The position numbers and the translations under genes are program-made. The notes beneath the pieces were generated by a model. It saw only the letters and a program-made list of their open reading frames with translations. It had not been told where the DNA came from and made no database searches. Shown in pieces: positions 33,536 through 45,600 of a DNA stretch of 64,000 nucleotides. The first letter of the stretch is position 1; each line of letters starts with the position of its first letter. Source of the DNA: a virus (lineage: Duplodnaviria; Caudoviricetes); IMG/VR virus record IMGVR_UViG_3300033073_000492, positions 1 through 64,000 of that record; one strand, 5' to 3'.

Positions 33536-34482
33536 TACCAACCTTCAATTTGTCTAATTACTTCCATCTCTGTTACCAGAGGACCTTTATTTCTAAAGTC
33601 TGTTTTATAATGTCTTTTAAAGAACTTGCTCTGCTCACTATTCATATTAAGCATGGGTAAGTCCAGTTTATTTGATAACTCGTTACCAATATGTTGACCA
33701 CTAGCTATAGGGTTATTGTCTTTAACCATGTCCCATAGTGTTTTAATATTCTCAAACCATTGAACGTTTCTAGGGTCCCAGTCTTCTAGCATAGTCATCC
33801 AGGTGCCGTATCTTGCGCCGTATATTGCCCAGTCGCCATTCTCTACGTCTGTTCCTACATTGTGCCATATAGTTAAGTTGTCTAAGTTTCTGCTAGATAC
33901 ACGCTCTTTAAACTCACTGATAGAGGGCTTCATACCTCTATCTAAACTCATCTTTACACCCTCTCTGAATCCAGCACGCCATGCTTGAAATGGGGTATAA
34001 TTAGGGTACGTAGTTGAGTAGCAATCGTGCATACTCCAATAGATATTGTCTGTACTATCTAAGCAAAAGTCTACAGTAGTTGTATTGTCCCCGTCACTAT
34101 GTTCGTGGGTTTTCATATTAGCAACATATTCTTTTGTCCAAGAACTTATTCCACCGTTGCCGTACATTAATCCATTGATTGAATTCTTTGCTCTCCAGCG
34201 ATATTGTGCTTTATGATAGACTTCGCTCTTACCCGTATAGTCTAACTGAAGATTAAAGAAATCTTCGTTAGGCATATTGTCCCCGTCGATTAGAATAAAT
34301 CGTTCAGTATCAGAGGCTTCCCCGGCTGCCTTATGAGCCGCATCAGAGCCCTTAACACCGTCGACACGTCTGGCCCAGGGTACCATGTTCTTAATCTTGA
34401 CCCAAAATTCTTCTTTCTGTGGTTCATCATAGCTCAAGTATATCACATCTAAGTCGGCTATGTCAATAATTTCAGAGGTCAT
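33535..34482 (-). CDS. putative GT-A glycosyltransferase
   Basis: DVIYLSYDE, RVDGVKGSDAAHKAA, FILIDGD (DxD) and AWRAGFREGVK. Confidence 0.6.
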   Translation of the reverse strand: MTSEIIDIADLDVIYLSYDEPQKEEFWVKIKNMVPWARRVDGVKGSDAAHKAAGEASDTERFILIDGDNMPNEDFFNLQLDYTGKSEVYHKAQYRWRAKNSINGLMYGNGGISSWTKEYVANMKTHEHSDGDNTTTVDFCLDSTDNIYWSMHDCYSTTYPNYTPFQAWRAGFREGVKMSLDRGMKPSISEFKERVSSRNLDNLTIWHNVGTDVENGDWAIYGARYGTWMTMLEDWDPRNVQWFENIKTLWDMVKDNNPIASGQHIGNELSNKLDLPMLNMNSEQSKFFKRHYKTDFRNKGPLVTEMEVIRQIEGW

Positions 34483-34813
34483 GTGTTACTAAATCCCATG
34501 TATTTGTTTTACCAGAATAATTACTATTAACTACAATATTGATATCTTCTATTGCGGTAGTTGTCCCTTTATCAGATAATTCAAGTCTGGTAACGTATGT
34601 ACCTGTCTTATCTCTAACGATTTCCCCGTTCATTATCTTCAAGTCCGGTCTGCATTCTACATACGTTTCTCTGTCGATAACAATATACTTGCCCTCAAGT
34701 TTCTCACAAGTATAGCAAATAACATTGCCCTGGTCATCGTAATATAGTCTGAACTCAGGGGGCTGGGGCTGTTGTATCTCTATATAGAAGAATTCTTCAT
34801 TAATAGTATCCAT
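34472..34813 (-). CDS. hypothetical phage protein
   Basis: 113-aa ORF containing FRLYYD...CYTCE. Confidence 0.7.
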   Translation of the reverse strand: MDTINEEFFYIEIQQPQPPEFRLYYDDQGNVICYTCEKLEGKYIVIDRETYVECRPDLKIMNGEIVRDKTGTYVTRLELSDKGTTTAIEDINIVVNSNYSGKTNTWDLVTHDL

Positions 34814-35528
34814 CTAGTACCTTTACAAAGTCTTTAACATGATAGTGAAATGGATACTTTTGAGGGAACCCGTTCACTCTGATTGTATCAGAAACTAACT
34901 CAGTAATCAACTCTTTTGTCCAATCATCGGACATTAAATTGTTGACAAACCGTTTCATATGTACCATACTCATATCAGTGAACGTGGGCAGTGTAGTCAA
35001 TTCTACCCCGATAATATGACAAGCAATACTATATACAAAGTCAGTAGTAGCTGGCTCATCCGTTTCACACTTTAAGATTTTCTTATAGTCTTCCCAGTTT
35101 TGAAAGATATTATCTACTGTGTTAAAGAAATCTTCGGCTAACTCACTCTTTTTAAAGTATGTGATAGCGTTATATACGTCCGGGAGATTGTTATCGTCAA
35201 TGAACTTTCTATATACTCTACAGTCAGATAGTTCACCCTTAAAGTCTCTGATATGAGAACTTACGACCAAGTCACGGTCTTTGAGTATATCCCACCAATA
35301 ACTAATATCACTAGTAATAACCATGTCACTTTCTAGTTTGATTGTATAGTCATAGGGTGACTTATTGTATACCTCTACGTCTGTACTGAAACTGGGTAGT
35401 CCCTCAGTGATAATAGTCACTTGACTATCGGGCATATAATGTAAAATACTGTCACGTAGTTTCTCAGCACACTTAACATAGTCTGTTGTGTCCGAGTTTT
35501 GTGCCATGATTACAAACCCTCTATTCAT
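34800..35528 (-). CDS. nucleotide-diphospho-sugar transferase-like protein (GT8-like)
   Basis: DYVKCA, SPYDYTIKLESDM (ExD) and VYNAITYF; paralogue of the next gene; ATGA overlap. Confidence 0.6.
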   Translation of the reverse strand: MNRGFVIMAQNSDTTDYVKCAEKLRDSILHYMPDSQVTIITEGLPSFSTDVEVYNKSPYDYTIKLESDMVITSDISYWWDILKDRDLVVSSHIRDFKGELSDCRVYRKFIDDNNLPDVYNAITYFKKSELAEDFFNTVDNIFQNWEDYKKILKCETDEPATTDFVYSIACHIIGVELTTLPTFTDMSMVHMKRFVNNLMSDDWTKELITELVSDTIRVNGFPQKYPFHYHVKDFVKVLDGYY

Positions 35529-36328
35529 ATTAATTCCATATAATTCTTCTTGTTTAGCATGTGGAAGTCCATGTCTTTTATAGTTAGATATTCTTTCTTT
35601 ATCTTCCCACGCATCCAATTGTCATAGATTACAGTATATTGTGTATTGAATTCATCATTACTATCTCTGTAAACTGTTGTATTCTGCCCAATATGAACTA
35701 GGTTCCAGGGTAGATAGTCACTATGTTGTTCTAAGTGACCGTTCACTATTCTGTTAGCTATCGTCAATGAATAGTCGTTACGATATAACCCGCCCACGAA
35801 TCCATAGATATTAGCATAGTGATTATAATTCTGTTGAATCATGCCCATGCATTCAAATAACTGTTTACTACGTGATGACTTGTTAAAGCGCATAACTGTA
35901 GCCCATAGTGTAGGAAATGACTTGGAACTAATCATTTCTTGCTCTCTACCGTTAGGAAACATTAGAAAGCTAGTTGTTTTAGGACACACAAAGTCATCGC
36001 CCATTATAAACGTACTGGACAACAAGTTACTGTTAACCATGTAGTCGGTATCAATCACTAGAGTTTCATCGTAGGGTGTTAATTCATACGCACGATATCT
36101 ACCCTTGTTGATCCAAACGTTCTTTTCTTTGATGTTAGATGTGTCGGCTTCTTGTATATAAACGTTGTCGAACTTATACTGATAACTGTCTACATCCGTG
36201 TTCATATCCGTAACTACTGATACGGGTAAGTCTAAGAAATGATTGATTCGTTTCGCTGTTGCTACAGCCATTTTAAAGTAGTCTGTACTTGGACTATTGA
36301 AAGCGAATAATAATGCGCCCTTCTTCAT
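35525..36328 (-). CDS. nucleotide-diphospho-sugar transferase-like protein (GT8-like)
   Basis: DYFKMA, TPYDETLVIDTDY (DxD), WATVMRF and RNDYSLTIA. Confidence 0.65.
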   Translation of the reverse strand: MKKGALLFAFNSPSTDYFKMAVATAKRINHFLDLPVSVVTDMNTDVDSYQYKFDNVYIQEADTSNIKEKNVWINKGRYRAYELTPYDETLVIDTDYMVNSNLLSSTFIMGDDFVCPKTTSFLMFPNGREQEMISSKSFPTLWATVMRFNKSSRSKQLFECMGMIQQNYNHYANIYGFVGGLYRNDYSLTIANRIVNGHLEQHSDYLPWNLVHIGQNTTVYRDSNDEFNTQYTVIYDNWMRGKIKKEYLTIKDMDFHMLNKKNYMELI

Positions 36329-36630
36329 CTTTTGTTCTCTAGTTCCTTGTACTCACTAAACCATAATTGCATTGTGTCATTGTATGTTTTGTACAATACA
36401 TCATGTAGTTTGATTCGATTCACCATGACTGGGTTCTCGAACGTGTCTATTAAGATTATAATTTCGTCAGTACTAGATGCTAAGAACCCGATTAGTTCTG
36501 GGGTAACTTTCCACAAGCCACCTTGTTCGGCTACAGATAGTTTAGCCAAATATTTGTCTTTGAGATATTGTTTTGCTGAGTTGTGGCTAAAACGTGCTTT
36601 AGCCTCTTTGATAAGGTTTTCGGTATCCAT
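36325..36630 (-). CDS. hypothetical phage protein
   Basis: SD AGGAG; CTAAATA upstream at 36646-36652. Confidence 0.75.
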   Translation of the reverse strand: MDTENLIKEAKARFSHNSAKQYLKDKYLAKLSVAEQGGLWKVTPELIGFLASSTDEIIILIDTFENPVMVNRIKLHDVLYKTYNDTMQLWFSEYKELENKR

Positions 36631-36677
36631 AAACACTCCTGAGAGTATTTAGATGGATACCGAGCTGCCCGATTAAA

Positions 36678-37643
36678 TTATGCGCCAGTAACTGAACCAG
36701 ATACTGTGATAGAACCCCAAGTATTTGAGATGTAAGTTGATGCAGGTGGTCTAACTGTTAATGTAACAGTAGTGTTAGCCGCGATAGCTAAGTTGTCTGG
36801 AACTTCGTCTAATAATGTAGTGAATGTTAGTACAGAACCTGTATCACCATTGCCACCAACAGAACCGTTACTGCGTACTTTAACGTTCAAGTATGTAGCC
36901 AAATACTTAGCCAATCCGCTAGCGGCTACTTGGTTAAAGATATCTTGGTTAACTGATGTTAGAGCATAGTAACCCACGTTAGTACCGCGAGTCCAGTTAG
37001 TACCTTCAGTACCTAAACCACCTGTCTTTGTGACACCGTTGAACTGAGTGCCAGCAATGTTAACTGTACCGGAACTTGGTGCAGAGAAGTATACAGTACC
37101 GCATGATGAGCATAGTGTATTAATCAAATCATTGATACCACCTAAGCCAGATGGGTGACTAAATGTTAATGCGATTTGACCGCCTGCGTTAAAGAAATAA
37201 CGTGCGGCGTCACCACTTGCGAACGTAACAGTATGTGTGAAACTTAGATATTGTGTCCAGTTTGCAGTACCGTTAGTAGTTGTAGTTACAGATGTTGAAC
37301 CTTGTGCTGCTGCATTGTTTCTACCGTTATAGATGTTAGTCAAGTTAGTAGGTAGTGCTGACAAATACATGATTGGCTGACCAGTAGATGGTGCAGTAAT
37401 ACTAGTTACAGCAGTACCTTGATGGCTCGCACAGTTAGCAGTAGTGTTGACTAAGTTAGCCCATTCACTTGCTCTAACGGGAGCGTCTTGTACAACTTGT
37501 CCTAAAGCAGTTTGACCATAGCCTTTGTTACTATTACCAGTAGACCAAACGGTGTTTAACACACCAGAAGTTGAACTGGTACTAGTACCGACTAATGTAT
37601 TATAGTCGGATGCTAAGATTGATTGATTGGCTGCGTAAGTCAT
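36678..37643 (-). CDS. virion structural / tail-fibre-associated protein
   Basis: Thr/Ser/Gly-rich beta-type sequence, ARYFFNAGG motif, and position in the tail module. Confidence 0.6.
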   Translation of the reverse strand: MTYAANQSILASDYNTLVGTSTSSTSGVLNTVWSTGNSNKGYGQTALGQVVQDAPVRASEWANLVNTTANCASHQGTAVTSITAPSTGQPIMYLSALPTNLTNIYNGRNNAAAQGSTSVTTTTNGTANWTQYLSFTHTVTFASGDAARYFFNAGGQIALTFSHPSGLGGINDLINTLCSSCGTVYFSAPSSGTVNIAGTQFNGVTKTGGLGTEGTNWTRGTNVGYYALTSVNQDIFNQVAASGLAKYLATYLNVKVRSNGSVGGNGDTGSVLTFTTLLDEVPDNLAIAANTTVTLTVRPPASTYISNTWGSITVSGSVTGA

Positions 37644-37652
37644 TGTCTATCC

Positions 37653-38855
37653 TTACTTAGTGATTGATACCACTGCAAGAACAGTACCTGTAGTTACATC
37701 TGTTTTATCTTCTAATGCTCGTCCGATAACGTTGAACGCTGTCATCTCTGCTTTAGTAGCGGCTCTAGCATAGCCCTTGCCCGCTGAAACTAAACGTTGA
37801 CCCTTCTTAACTTTACCGATAACTTTAACTGGGACACGACCTGACACAGCGATTGCTGGGTGAGTTTTGTCTGAACCTGCTTGACCGTTCATAGTGAAAG
37901 CCGCTGTTGTAGAAACAACACCGAATACTTCTTCACTTAAGTCGTCTTGCACTTGTGTGATTTCTTTGTCGCCGCCGATTTCAACAACTGTGCCGGTATC
38001 ATAGATATCGTCAGCTTCGAAACGTTCTGCTAAGTCAGCGTATGTTGCGTTGATACGAGCACCAGTATCTAATGTCCATGTACCAGAGATTAATCCGCCA
38101 CCAGCTAGATAGTTAGTTGTAACTTTAGTTGGACTGATGTTACCAGTATATGTTGGAAGATAAGCCGCTACGTTAGCGTTTGTGTATGTTCCGGATGGGT
38201 TGAACGGAGCACCGTTTGCGTACATATAGTTGTCGCACTTAACGCCGTTGATACTGTTATGACCAAATTGAATGTTACCTGAACTGATTGATAGTGCGTT
38301 ACCACCGCTTAAGTTGTTACCAACTACTGTCCACTCACCAGTCAATGTACCCGCTGTAGTTGGGGCACCTGTGCTGATAGTTGTAGTATTCAATGATGTG
38401 ATTGTACCAGAAGTGATAGTACCTGAAAGTGCTGTCAATTCTTCTGAAACTGTTGCTAAACGTACAGTGATTGTGTCACCGATAATACCGTGAGCAACTG
38501 TTAAACTGTCGCCAGAAATAGCGCCTGTAGCAGTGATATTTCCTAGTGTTGTGTCGCCACCAGCGTTTGTACTAGCTAATGTCAACCAAGCTGAGGGGCT
38601 TGTTGTACCGTCACTTGGGCAAACGTTTAGAGTACCCTGTGTAGTGTTGTACCAAAGCTGTCCCTTTAGTGGGTTATTTGGGGGTGTTGCACCCGCATAA
38701 CTCTCTAGTTGACGCACAAAGTTAGTGTTTAGTGCTTGTCCGTAACCCGCATAGTTTCTACCAGGAAGACCTAATGAAGTGCTGGTTGTATTAAGTGTAC
38801 CATCTTGGATGGTTGTCAATGTTGTTCCATCGCTTCTTATAATTGTGTATGCCAT
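37653..38855 (-). CDS. tail fibre/spike protein with C-terminal intramolecular-chaperone-like domain
   Basis: N-terminal baseplate-attachment-like LPGRNYAGYG...NFVRQLESYA; C-terminal YADLAERFEAD...VFGVVST...GRVPVKV...GQRLVS. Confidence 0.75.
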   Translation of the reverse strand: MAYTIIRSDGTTLTTIQDGTLNTTSTSLGLPGRNYAGYGQALNTNFVRQLESYAGATPPNNPLKGQLWYNTTQGTLNVCPSDGTTSPSAWLTLASTNAGGDTTLGNITATGAISGDSLTVAHGIIGDTITVRLATVSEELTALSGTITSGTITSLNTTTISTGAPTTAGTLTGEWTVVGNNLSGGNALSISSGNIQFGHNSINGVKCDNYMYANGAPFNPSGTYTNANVAAYLPTYTGNISPTKVTTNYLAGGGLISGTWTLDTGARINATYADLAERFEADDIYDTGTVVEIGGDKEITQVQDDLSEEVFGVVSTTAAFTMNGQAGSDKTHPAIAVSGRVPVKVIGKVKKGQRLVSAGKGYARAATKAEMTAFNVIGRALEDKTDVTTGTVLAVVSITK

Positions 38856-38891
38856 TTAAATGCTCCGCAAATTTCTATTCTAGTATTTATC

Positions 38892-39512
38892 TTAAACCGT
38901 GACTAAGTTAGTTAGCGACTGTATTCTAATCGTGTAATCAATCTGAATCTGACGGTTCAATGCCTTCTGCACTGGGTGGAAAATCACATGGGTAAGCAGT
39001 TTTGTCTGCTGGAAACCCGCTGAGTCAATCCCATAGTCTGCAATTAGACCTATCTCGTCAAAAACGAACTGAGATTGGTTGTTTGTGCTATTATCGAATG
39101 CCATTTGACCGTCGGGTTCACCGTAGTCTAACAAGCACTGGATAATAATATCCGTGTACACTTTACCCGCTGTATGGCTAGGAACCATCTTGTTACGTGA
39201 TGGGTCTGAGTTCAATACGTTTGTATCATCTACGTTCTTAGCATATGTCTCGTTGTACAATGTAGCGTTTTGCCCCGATGTGTTTGGGGGCAAATAAGTG
39301 ATAATACCAGTGTCGTCAATACTTGCGCCGCCGTTTCCGAAAGCCATTTTGAAAATAGAACCGTATCCGCGACTGCTGAGGGTATCAGCAATAGCTACAG
39401 AGATGTTTTCATAGTGGATAGCGTTGTGTCCGTCGTAAAAGACTTCTTGGTTGATAGGATCAAAGACTTTCAAAAAGCCTGTGATTGAAATTGGAATGGA
39501 TGCGTGTGACAT
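38892..39512 (-). CDS. virion structural protein (baseplate/tail associated)
   Basis: Lies between the fibre and the giant baseplate gene; FDEIGL and THVIFHPVQK...IQIDYTIRI. Confidence 0.6.
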   Translation of the reverse strand: MSHASIPISITGFLKVFDPINQEVFYDGHNAIHYENISVAIADTLSSRGYGSIFKMAFGNGGASIDDTGIITYLPPNTSGQNATLYNETYAKNVDDTNVLNSDPSRNKMVPSHTAGKVYTDIIIQCLLDYGEPDGQMAFDNSTNNQSQFVFDEIGLIADYGIDSAGFQQTKLLTHVIFHPVQKALNRQIQIDYTIRIQSLTNLVTV

Positions 39513-39661
39513 TAATTATCGCCTCGTAATTGTACTAAGATTTCCTGTGTATTGGGGTCGTGTATCTTTATAAAAGAACTGAACACGAACCCAGACGTTT
39601 CATCTGGTTTGGGTCCGTATTCCTCGACATTTGCTTCAATATCTTCGGGTTTTTCGTTCAT
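39512..39661 (-). CDS. small acidic protein (49 aa, not in ORF track)
   Basis: Translation MNEKPEDIEANVEEYGPKPDETSGFVFSSFIKIHDPNTQEILVQLRGDN; TAATG overlap; ATAAATA 4 nt upstream. Confidence 0.75.
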   Translation of the reverse strand: MNEKPEDIEANVEEYGPKPDETSGFVFSSFIKIHDPNTQEILVQLRGDN

Positions 39662-39675
39662 AGTTTATTTATCTC

Positions 39676-42600
39676 TCAATAATTTCCAGTATTTAAGAAC
39701 TTGCCCGGAGCGTTTGTACTCAACTGTAGTGGATCTCCGTATGGTAAGAAGTTAGTGCTGTTCCAGACACTTGTGTAGTAGTCTGGGTTCAACATTACTT
39801 TGTCATTTAGTCCGTGTACATAATCATACTGATTGTGGACTTTGACGATACCAGTCATGTTCACACCACGAGTCAATCCAGAGATTGTGTTCGTTGCGTG
39901 GTCAATGTTACGGAATCTAATCTTCTCCCCGTTAACTTCAATCATATGTCCAATTTGTAACGTGACAACTAGTTCATCATTCAATGACACACCTGTTGTG
40001 AATACAACGTGTGGTCTAGAATCGATATTTCTAATCACATATTGTTTTCTGTCTAGTGTAGTCAATGTTGACTTGTTGTACACAACAGCGCCGGACAAAT
40101 CTTCAATCTTGTAAGTTAATGCTGCTACTAACTTATTGTCGTTTGAAGTCACGTACACATCCTCAACTACGTTAGAGACTATTTTTCTACTATCGTTAAC
40201 GTGCATTACATCTTGGTAAGTGTAGAACGGTTCTGTTAACCACACATCTTCCTTGATTCTGTACACTGAACCCATACCGTTCTTATCAACAGAGAGATTG
40301 AATTCCATCATACCGGGCGTAGCTTCTGAAACCATGCTTGTAATGATGATGTTATCTGTTGGAGTAAGTTTGGTCATAATGTTCAACTTGTTAGCTCCAT
40401 GGAAGCGTAAGTTACTTGGGTCAACACGCTGACCGTTGATTGTTACCCATGTTCTATCTCCCGCAGTATATTCAATTGCGTTATTGATAACTTCAACAGT
40501 CTCAGAGTCTTTCCAGATATAACCACCGCTTACATAAGTAGATACTGCGCCACCTTCTACTGGTAGAGCGAACACTGGGTTACCACCGAAGATTTCAAAA
40601 TCCCTATATAGTTCGATTGGGTAGTATGTTTTACCTTCCCAAACATATGAGTCCAGAACCTTAACGTAGTAAACGTCATTATTCAATTGTGTAGAGCCCT
40701 TCAACCCATCGATATGAACTTGGTCAGTATCGACTAATCCATGGTCTTCACTAGCAACAATCATTACTGGAGTAACTGCTCTGTCAACAAAGTGAATTGG
40801 AGCAACACGTAATCCATCAGTAGTGATAGTCTTTAAGTTTTGACGCTTAGTATCATAGAACGTAGTAATTGCAACTAAGTCACCTTCGGACAAACTAGCA
40901 ACAACCGTTAACAGATTGTTTTCTGTATCAATTGTGTAGTCTGCTGAGTTACAACGATACCCATTGATTTCAACGATTGCATTGTCTGCGTTGTCACCGC
41001 CGGTGTAGTTACTTAATGCAAATTCAGTAGAATCAACATATGCAAACACTTCTGTTTCGGGAATACTGTAGCTATACAATAACTCGTTATATTCAGGAAC
41101 AACGGTGTCACTTAAAATTACTAATGAGAAGTAATCAACAGAATCATCATATAATGTTTCAAAGTTAATATATGTGTTACCGTCAATAACGTGTAATGAG
41201 AAGTCAGTACCATATACCAACTTAGTACCATTGTGATAGATTAACGGATCAATGTTGATATTATTAACCGAGAACAATGCTACTGATGGTGTGAATGAGT
41301 ATGGTAGAACAAACATGCTATTACCAAATTCATTTACACGCAATGGTGTAGTTTGTGAGTTAGTTCTAACAATTTGTCTGCCGTTGCCAACTTCATACAC
41401 TTCAACTAAGATTTGTGCGTCAGTCGGGTTATTGAATGTTATTGTCTTTGTAACCCAATTGATTGTGTATGTATAATTTTCATAGACACGTACATAACGT
41501 TCGTTTGAATCTAGTACAAATACGTTGATTTGTGCAGGATTCTCAACTATGTTATCAAATGAGATTTGATTGTATACGTCTAATACACCTCTAGTAGTTT
41601 GCATATTGAACCCGGTGTAACCATACTTGAAGTCTTGTGTGATTTCATCGTTGTCCCAGAATGTTCCAGGCTTAGTACGAACTCTCATACTCAATGAATC
41701 ATTGATGATACCGGCAACTAATTCTTCCGGACCATATCCAGAAACGAAATCGTCACCCTTAATATCATATGATGGGGCCTTAGTTGTAATGTATGATACA
41801 TTCTCCCATGTTGAACCCTGTGTGTTACTACGGATAATGATACCATGACTACCAGCAGCGATAAAGTATTCACCGTCAAATGTGATAGTATTCAAATCGT
41901 GTGTTACGTTTGAAGTAGCAACATCCCAATAGATACCTGTAGTTGATGTCAACACTAGACCATTGTTACCTACTAATACGAATGTACCATCAGCATAGTA
42001 TGCGTCATTGATTGTATCTGTAGGAGATGCATCATTGACTGTACCAACCGTCCATAATGCTGGATCAAGCATGTCAGTAGTAGTCTTGTTATGAGCATAC
42101 ATGATTGTTGCGTTTGAACCAGCGATAACAATCGTGTTTTGTGATGCAGTAATTGCATTCAACTGTTCGTTAGTACCACGAGGTGTTACTGGATTCCATG
42201 TATTTCCATCCATAGACAACAATACTCTACCAACTTGGTCAAGTTGTGGCATGGCTGTACCTGCGCCGCTAGTAACACTAATACCATATCCTACAGCGAT
42301 GAACCCAGCGAAATAGTCAGAATCAATCGCTAATACACTCTTAAGTTCGTTAGGTAACGAGCTACCAAAGTTGTAGATTGATTCCCAAACTAAACCATCA
42401 CGACTTCTAATAATCTCAGTACCAACTGCATAGAACGTTTCATTAACATAAATGATATCGTTCATTGGCTTAGTTGGTGCTTTTAATCCTGTACTGTCGA
42501 ATCCAGAATCACCGAAGATAACAACGTCATATGGAGTAAACTCACCAATTGTTTGCCAGTTAGTTAAGTCAAAACTCAACATCACAGGTGAAACAGACGT

Positions 42601-45600
42601 TGTTGTAGTAATCAAGTATGATGGTGCATTTGTTGTTGCAATGCCAGTCGCATTCAATACCTTGTTAGATAATTTGAATGTGTCCCAATTGATACCGTCA
42701 GTACTTGTCATTACAAGTGAGTGGTCTTTACTGTTTGCAGAAGCAACATAGTATGCACCATCATATGTGATACCAGTGATAGAGATATCTCTAGGATAGA
42801 ATGGTTGATCCTGCAAGATGATATCTAATGGAAGTTCATCTGACGGAGCGAATACATTACCTCTATAGATATTGTATGGATATGTTACACCTTGTAACAC
42901 TTGTAGCCAGTTGCCAGGCATTGTGCTAGTAGGTTTATAGTAACTGATAACTCTATCGATAGCGTTCAGTGAACGGTCGTCACTTGAGACAGGAGTCCAC
43001 TTGTTTGGATCAAATATATAGTCACTGTTACTTTGGATACAACGATATACAACGTCTTGGTAAACAACTGTAGCAGTAACAACATACTTGTAACCCGCAC
43101 TAGTTGTGAATGGTTCAGGAACGAAGATTGAGTCACCTGGCACAAAGTTAAACTTGTTAATTAAGACAGGAATCTTAAACGCTGAATCAGCATAGACTTT
43201 GATTTGGTCTTGTGACACTGGGTTTGCGTAATACATTGTAAACTCACCCTTAGCAACACCAGAAATATCATATATACTGATGCCTTTGAATGCAGTAGTA
43301 TACACAATATCCAAATAGAAATCATTAACGCCATCTCTGCCGCCCAACTCAGTACCAAATACTTTAATTCTATCTCCGTCACTATACTTGAAGCCAGCTT
43401 CTTCCATAATGATATAGTAACTATTAGAAATAGCTGTAGGATCGAAACGAGGTCTATAAATCTTAAACTTGGCACCGCCCAATGTGTTCATCTTAGTTTC
43501 GTTCACACTTTGAACTGAACTAACTGTATAAACACGATATGTTACACCAGTATTAACAACTGTACCATCATCAGAAATGATATAAGTGTCAGGTAGAACA
43601 CCTACACCATACACTCTATCACCGTTCTCTGGATAACTATTACCCGGGAACACTTCAACATACAATTGGTCATCTTCAATATATGCTTTATCAAATGTCG
43701 TACCAGTATCATCATATTGGTACGCAGGGAAAGTCTTGTAGAAGTACATCTTCAAGCCTTTAATCTGCCCTGGTTGTAATCCGTTACTATGACTGTAATC
43801 AACTGTTACAACCGCAGTACCATCAGTACCGTCTACACCAGTGATATCAACGACAGAACCTTGCCAACTAGTTTGTGCAATAGATGCTTCTGGATCATAC
43901 AATCCAGTGTCAGATGATGCATCGTTACCTAACGAGTTGAATGGTGATGGCCAGAACATACCTGGTTGCCATTCTTGAACTGTACTACCATAACTAGTAC
44001 GGTCATACTTCATCACAGTTTTAATTTCACGTGTGAATGCATTCTTAATGATAGGGCTTGCTTTAGCTGCAATTTCTAACGCATATTCCATTTCAGTAAT
44101 TGGCTCAAGTGCTTCTGCAACTGCATCACCTTTATAATACAATTCAACACGATGGTCACCTGACTTAGCTGTTACATAACTTGTGTGAAGTGAAATCAAC
44201 GAATTGATTCCATCATCAAACTTAGAAGCAACATTTACATAGTAGAATGATTCCGGTGTTAGGCCTATCAATTCTTGAGTCAACTCATCTGCATCTTCAG
44301 ATAAAATAACGAAACGAACCAAATCACCTGTCACAAATTCTTGAGTAGGGATAACAATAGTATTGTCACCGAAGTTCATCATTGATTCATTGAATCCAGC
44401 AGAGATAGATGGAGCGATATAGATTTCTGGAACCGCTACATATCCCTCACCTGGATCATTAACTGTTACACCAATCACTTTATCACCTGACATGATAGCA
44501 GTTAATACTGCATCACGTTTTGGTGCAATGTATTTTGTAGTATCAATACGTGCTTCAATTTTAGGAGGGTCAATATAGTCACGTCCAGAGTCGGTGATAA
44601 TTACCCCAGGAAGATCCATAGAAATCTTAACCCCAGGGAAGTGTACACTAACCGTAGTACCTTCTACTCCTCGGTTTAAGTTGTATAATCTACCCTTGAC
44701 ACGGTCTACCTTAGAGTAAGTAATCAATTCATTGTCAATCTTTATTGTACCTTGGACTGGTAATCCGTATGCGTTATCAACATAGATTTGATTATCAGCA
44801 ACAGTAACATACTTTGCAACTAATGCAACTTGTGCTTCCTTCTCACCAGTCAAAGTCATACCAATATGCTGAATCCAGTTATTATACTCTTGGTGATTCC
44901 AAATCGTATTAGATGAATTATATTGATTTGTTTTTTCTGCACCATAAGTCAATTGAGGTGATGCAAATGTCAACAACTCACTAGTGTACAATGAAGGTAA
45001 GTCAAAGTCAGTTATACCACTGTTGTATGTTTCAGTACCTGCATATTGTAAGTAGAAATCTTTGATAACAGCATGGTATGGTTTGACTTCATTGATATAA
45101 CCGTACAACATATCTGTATCATCTTTCTGATACTTTGGAGTAGTAATCAAATCACGTACTTTGTTACCAACATCAATGAATGATGTTTTGTTCAACCATG
45201 GTAGATATTGATTTGAACCAATGTTTTCACTTTGGATATATTCAAAAACTAATATCAAACATTCATTGCGATACTTGAACATTTCACCAACAAAAAGTTG
45301 CTCGTTGATAGCACGAATGATGTGACGAGTTTCTGCTGAAGGATATGTGTCAAAGTTATCAACGTCAAAGAAACTACTTCCTAAACCGATGCCACTTGTG
45401 CCATAGTCCCATAGTTTATTACTAAATTGAATAGTACCGTTCTCTAAACCAACACGAGTCCATGTCGAATTAATGTAAGCATATGTTTCATAACGACCAC
45501 TAGAGTTTGATTGCACACCTGCTATCATACCTTCAACAGCATCAAGTGTATATAACTCTTGATACTTATTGACTTCAATGATTGGTCTAGTGCTATCACT

